Origin: the human T2T-CHM13v2.0 reference genome, Homo sapiens
Direction: 5' to 3' (one strand)
NCBI RefSeq assembly: GCF_009914755.1
Contig: NC_060926.1
Length of the DNA stretch: 64,000 nucleotides
The notes below the pieces were generated by a model. That model saw only the letters and a list, made by a program, of their open reading frames with translations, was not told the DNA's origin and made no database searches. The position numbers were made by a program, and so were the translations under genes. Each line of letters begins with the position of its first letter. The stretch's first letter is position 1. Shown here one piece after another: positions 58,199 through 64,000 of the stretch.

Positions 58199-58418
58199 AA
58201 GAGGTCAGCTAACCATAGTCCATTGGCTAAATTTGGCCTGGTGCCTGTTTTAGTAAATAAAGTTTTATTGGAACATACCTATCACCAATGATTTACATAC
58301 ATAATGTCTATGACTGCTTTTGTTCTACAATGGCAGATTGAATATTTGCAGGAGAAACCATATGGCCCCCAAACCAAAAATACTATCTGGCGTTTTACAA
58401 AAAAGTTTGCTGACCTTG
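58199..58418. mobile_element. MER58A-like hAT DNA transposon
   Basis: TIR remnants 'gaggtcagctaac'/'gtttgctgaccttg'; perfect 8-bp TSD CATTAAAT. Confidence 0.9.
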
Positions 58419-58488
58419 CATTAAATTTTGAATTTAGTCTTGTAAAAGATCTATAATTTTGACTTACCTCATGAAATTTCTTTAGGCA

Positions 58489-58758
<270 letters not shown>

Positions 58759-60744
58759 TCAAGAACTGATTACTTGGAAAACAAAACATTAGATAAATTA
58801 TTAGTTATCCAAATAAAATAAAACAAAAAAGATTCAAAGAGTAAAGATGGTAACCTCATTAAGCATTTCTCGTGTTCCTTCCACCCTGAAATTTTATCTG
58901 CTCCTTCAGAGAACATCTGGAACTGACTAGCAGCTGGCTGCATGTGAGACCTTGGGCCATGAGAGGAATCTAACAGTCAAAGCTGGCCTACTGCTTGGGC
59001 TGAGACTAACATGGCCCCCAGGACATGTCACTCTGCCTGTATGACATTGAGGAGCAGTTGAACAGTAGAGCAAAGCCTGCTATGCCTGAGATTACAAAAC
59101 AAGCATCTAGAGAAATAGAACAGCTGCAGGTGACAGAAAACAATTTAAGTAAAAACAAAAACAATATAAACTTTAATAAAATTCAAGCACTGTGGAAAAA
59201 AGAGCTCTCAAACTTTTAAAAATGTAATATTTTTACATTTTTGAAGCAAATTATTCAGGGGATTAGTAAAAGCAAAATGATTAACATTAAGACCTAAAAT
59301 AGTGGCAGACAGGAGTAGCTCAATAATAAATAATAAAATAAGGTAAAGAATATATAATAAAGTAATAAGTAATATAACATAAAATGTGAATAATAGGGTT
59401 CCACAAATGGAAGTGCCAACAATTGGAGAAGAGACAATAATTCAAAAATTAATAGAAGAAAATTTTATTCAGATGAAGAAAGACAAATAGTCTACATTTT
59501 TCATAATAAGAGGTACCTACTTAGTGTTTTCTGGTGCTACAAGTTTCATTTGCAAAAAAGGAGAAAAGAAAATAAGAATAGTGTCTCATCTGCAACTTCA
59601 GCTGTTAGAATATATTTACAATAAATTACAGACTATTTGAAAGACAGCTAGAGCCCAACCCAAGCCAAGTTTACATTTAGCTGCCAGGAGAAAGGAAAAT
59701 ATTTGAGAATATTAACATATTTAAAGTGTGTATCATCCATAGAAATCATCTGAGGCAAACTACCAAGTAAATAACTAATTAAATAACAAATGAATCAAAA
59801 CATGTTTCTAAGCATGGGTGAAGAGGATGAGTAGAGGAAACAACTGTTAGGTGCTGAGGTTAAAAATGTATATATGTGTATAGTTATAGCTGAATGTTAT
59901 AGGCTGGGAGTATAAGACCAAACAGGAACCCTTGAAATGGAGGAATATGCTGCAAGGAATACCATCATGCTATTCCAGAAAAAATAGTAAATGAAAAAGG
60001 ATAAAAAAATAAAGTATTCTAAGAGTTTCATCTTATAAGGGTGTTGCGAGTAGGATGTTATGAGAGTTTTATAGGGGAAAAACAGGATCTTTTTCTTTTA
60101 AATAGTTGCTGATTATTATGCTAGGAAAAAGAAAGAAAGGGACTGATGAAAGTATAGTAACCAAACTAAACAGCATTAATAAAGGACAAAGAAAGAAAAG
60201 GAAAAAACAATTAGATAAATTAGCAATATTAAGGAAAAGAAAAACAAGAACACAATAAAGAAAAATAGAAAATAAAATATGATAGAAGAAATAGAATAAT
60301 ATATATTAGTCATTATGTTATATATGAATGAATTGCATTTACCCATTAAAAGATAGTGACTCAAAAAGCAGAACTGACTTTCATTACATTATTTCAAAAA
60401 CATGGCTTAATAAATATACAAAATGTCTAAATCCTTAGATATTATGATTTTAAAAAAAATTTTTGCATGAATTGGTTAAAAATTGAACATGTATTGGCCT
60501 CAAAAATGCATTTTAAAGTATGGACATTTTTATAGGGCAGTTTATTTGTTCATATTCACATAAAATTAGAAATAGTTTTAATAGCTTAATCTTGATATAT
60601 TAACCACCTGGTATTTAATAGTCATCATTCTAAATAATACATGAATAAAAAAGGAAATCATTTGAAAAATCATGAATGATCTAGCAAAGAAAAATAAAAA
60701 TACATTACATTAGAGTCCAGCAAAAAAACCTCACAAAATATAAA

Positions 60745-60794
60745 TACACACACGCATGCGCACACACACGCACACACACACACACACACACACA
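60745..60794. repeat. (CA)n microsatellite, interrupted
   Basis: Read directly. Confidence 0.92.
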
Positions 60795-61346
60795 GAGCTA
60801 GGAGTGAAGTATGAGTGAATGAACTAGGAGGAAGTAGTCAATAAAGATAAAAGTAGAAATTAATAAAATAAAAAAGTATAAAGAATAGATAACTCCAATA
60901 GCTAGTTCTTTGAAAAAGCCAATAAAGTAGGTAAACCTCTTAGAAATTTGAAGGAAAAAAATGGGACAGAATAAATGAGAAAAGATACATAGCCAGAAAA
61001 TTTGAAGTTATTAGAACATGAGACATTTCAACATACAAATCTATGGCAACAAATTTAAAAATAATGAAAAGCCAGTTGTCTATTAGCAGGACATAAACTA
61101 ACCAAGAAATAAAGAATTGGAAATCTTGGATAAACTGCTTATTGCTGACAAGATGAGGAGATTGCTTAGTAATCTACCACTGAAAATGAAAGGAAGACCA
61201 GATGGCTTTCAGCTAACCTCTTCTAACTTTTAAGGAACAGAGAATTCCAATATTATTTGAGCTATTTAAAATCCAAGAAAAATCTGTAACTTTGCCTAAT
61301 TTATTTCATAATGCTGATGTACCTTTAAAAACAAATGTTTTATTTA

Positions 61347-61664
61347 CAGTATTGTATGGGGGATGGGACTGGTTCCAGGACCACCATGGATGCTCAGACC
61401 CAAAGATGCTATAGTCCCTTATATAAAATGATGTAGTATTTCCATATAACCTATGCGCATCCTTCCATATGCCTTACATCATCTCTAGATTACTTGGAAT
61501 ACTTAAGACAATGTAAATGCTATATAAGGGATTGTTATACTATATTTTTATTTGTATTTTTATTGCTGTATTGTTATTTTTAATTTAAAACTTTTTTCCA
61601 AATATTTTAAATCTGTGGTTGGTTGAATCTGTGGATGTGGAACCCAGACAAAGAGCACCGACTG
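61347..61664. mobile_element. MER2 (TcMar-Tigger) MITE
   Basis: TA|cagt...'ggttccaggacc'...'cccttatataaaatg'...'ggttggttgaatctgtggatgtggaaccc'...actg|TA. Confidence 0.88.
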
Positions 61665-62688
61665 TATTAAAATTAAAAAAAAATTAACCAAAACTATTCA
61701 CCATTCTCTTTTTTAAGTTTGGGAACAGAAAATCTAAATAAAATCTTTGTAAAAAGACTCTAGCAGTGTACCAAAGAAAGTGTTGTGAATAAGAATGTTT
61801 ATTGAGGGATGCAAGGGCATTTCAATATCAGGGGATTATCAAACTAATCCATTTCATCAAAAATTAAAGAAGAAAATTGACATATTTATATCAATTTGCT
61901 GAAAATGTACTTGATAAAATTAAAGCTATTCCTAATGCAAAGGCTATGTTAAATAGGAATTATATGAAACAAATAAAATTTAATAGTACCTATCCTGCAA
62001 AATCTACAGCAGATAGTATTCTAAGTGGCAAAACATTAAAACCATTTAAATAACAGTAAGAAACTATAGAGAAATTCTTGAGGTAGTCTCTTGTTTTGGG
62101 GATTCTAGATCATTAAGAAAAGAAAAATGATTGGTAGAGATCTTGACAAAGAAAAGTTGAAACTAAACCTTTTTGTGAATGATATATTTCATAACAAGAA
62201 TGCATAAAACTTCTAGTTAAAAAATAAATTAATAAAATAATTTGGTACAGTAACTGCATATAAAATAAATATACAAAATACAGATTTTCCCTATATTAGC
62301 AATAAACACTTAAAAATGGAAAGTTCATATTAGCAAAAACATAAAATAATTATGAATAAATTTTAAAATAAGGGCAGGACACGTAAAAATCAAAAAATTT
62401 AATTAAAGAGAATAAAGTAAGATTTGAGAAAATAAAGAGACATAAAAACAATTGTGCAAACAAAATATGACACTTCTTTTTGCATAGAGAAATTTAACAT
62501 CATAAAATGCCAATTCTCCCATAATTAATTTACAAACTTAATTCAATTCCAAATAGAGCTCAACAGAATTTTTAAGAATTGGTTAAAATGATCTTTAAGC
62601 TCATTTAAGAGTATGCATATCTTAGGGTATCTAACAAAAAACATGAAAAAATATTTAGGGACTTGCTTTTATCAATAAAATAACAATA

Positions 62689-63144
62689 TGTCAAATAAAA
62701 CCCAGAGTGAAACAGTAGTCAAAGTGGTAAAAACAGATTTTATTTAGAAACTGTTGGAATGGGGGAAAGAGACCTCAGTATAGAACTAATTTCAATAATA
62801 AGTACAACAAGGAGGCCTGGAGATTTATAGCCAAGAAGCAGGTGGGAGGCTGTTGATGGATGAAAAATTACTAAGAGGAGACATCAAGGGCTGGGGGATT
62901 CTTGCTAAATGACTTAACAGGATTTTTGCTAAAAGCAGGCCAGACTGATCATATATCAAGGGTGGAGGGTGAGAAATTTGATTAGATATTGAGGGTAGAA
63001 AATTTTCTCTAAACTAATTAGCAGCATTCTTGCTAAAACCAGATATGCAGGCCCACCAAGGACAGAGACCAATGTTGAGGCCTATTTGAGAAGAGGACTC
63101 AGAGGAGCCCATCTAAAGTTTGCTCAAGGAGATAGACTTTGTCA
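62689..63144 (-). mobile_element. MER31-like ERV1 solo LTR
   Basis: TG...CA ends; minus strand begins TGACAAAGTCTATCTCCTTGAGCAAACTTTAG. Confidence 0.85.
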
Positions 63145-63589
63145 CATGAAAGTAATATTGTGGTACCGGAATAATAAAAGAACAAATATTTAAACAAAAA
63201 TTGATATTCATATACATTTGAATGTAATATATGACAAAGGTGGTGTTTTAATTCATGAAAAAAGATAATTATTTAATAGAAAGTATTATTAATACTATAC
63301 TATCTAGAATAAAATGAAATTAGACCTGTATCTTATTATACCAATACAAAAATCAATATTAAACTAAAGCAACAGAAAATGCTGCCAAAAAATCTAGGAT
63401 ACTATAGGTATAACTTAGGGATGAGGGAGATCTTATTCAACGCTAGAAACCCACAGCTATAAAAAGTGATAGATTCCTTTAATTACAAGTTAAAGATGCC
63501 ATTATAAATCAATAAACAAATAATGGATTTGGAAAGTATATTCAAAGTGAAAAGATTAGAATGTTATTATCTATAATAAGCAAGAAACT

Positions 63590-63940
63590 TAAAAAGGTAC
63601 AGTAAAAATATGGTGTAAAAGAACAAAAATGATACACCCGTATAGGTCACTCATGAATGTAACTTGCAGGACTGAAAGTGAGTCTTGGGCCAGAGAGTGA
63701 GTGGTGAGTGAATGGAAAGGCCTAGGGCATTACTGTATATTTTTATATTACTGGCAGTGCAGTAGGTCTGTTTACACCAGCATCATCAAAACACACGCGT
63801 AACATATTCCACTATGATGTTAAGATGGTTACGAAGTCACTAGGTGATAGGACTTTTTTAGCTCCATCATAATTTTGTGGGATTGTCATTGCCTATGCGG
63901 TCCATCACTGACCTAAATGTCATTATACGGCATATGACTG
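63590..63940. mobile_element. Tigger3 (Golem)-derived fragment
   Basis: Ends in TIR-like 'gacctaaatgtcattatacggcatatgactg|TA'; internal 'gtgagtggtgagtgaatggaaaggcctaggg'. Confidence 0.8.
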
Positions 63941-64000
63941 TATTGCTGTAGTGATGTTGACAGGAACAGCAAGCAAAGAAGAGACAGCTTTCTTTGTCTC

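Larger units (their letters stand above)
59050..63585 (+). mobile_element. Ancient L1ME-type ORF1/ORF2 remnants
   Basis: A-rich degenerate L1 motifs ('tagctagttctttgaaaaagccaataaa', 'gggatgcaagggcatttcaatatcagg', 'atatatgacaaaggtgg'). Confidence 0.7.

Overview
Primate (human-like) AT-rich intronic or intergenic DNA, mostly made of interspersed repeats. No intact protein-coding gene, RNA gene or CRISPR array is supported. The only gene-derived feature is a full-length processed IMPDH1 pseudogene (minus strand, about 2345-4716). The rest is stacked mobile DNA: old and middle-aged L1s, about 15 Alus or Alu fragments, MaLR LTRs (THE1/MST/MLT1), a MER57-type ERV1 provirus with tRNA-Leu PBS and integrase/env remnants, other solo LTRs, MIR/L2, and DNA transposons (MER58A, MER2, Tigger3). 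Repeat subfamily names come from recalled consensus sequences, not from a search. I found no evidence of a novel multi-gene system. Best leads: (1) a CArG/E-box cluster next to a 16-bp minisatellite carrying MRE cores (12.25-12.62 kb); (2) an RFX X-box/AP-1 cluster (58.0-58.1 kb); (3) a chimeric MaLR element that apparently marks a recombination deleting about 1 kb of its host L1 (28.1-30.7 kb); (4) a CpG-retaining pseudogene 5' end followed by strong plus-strand splice sites.
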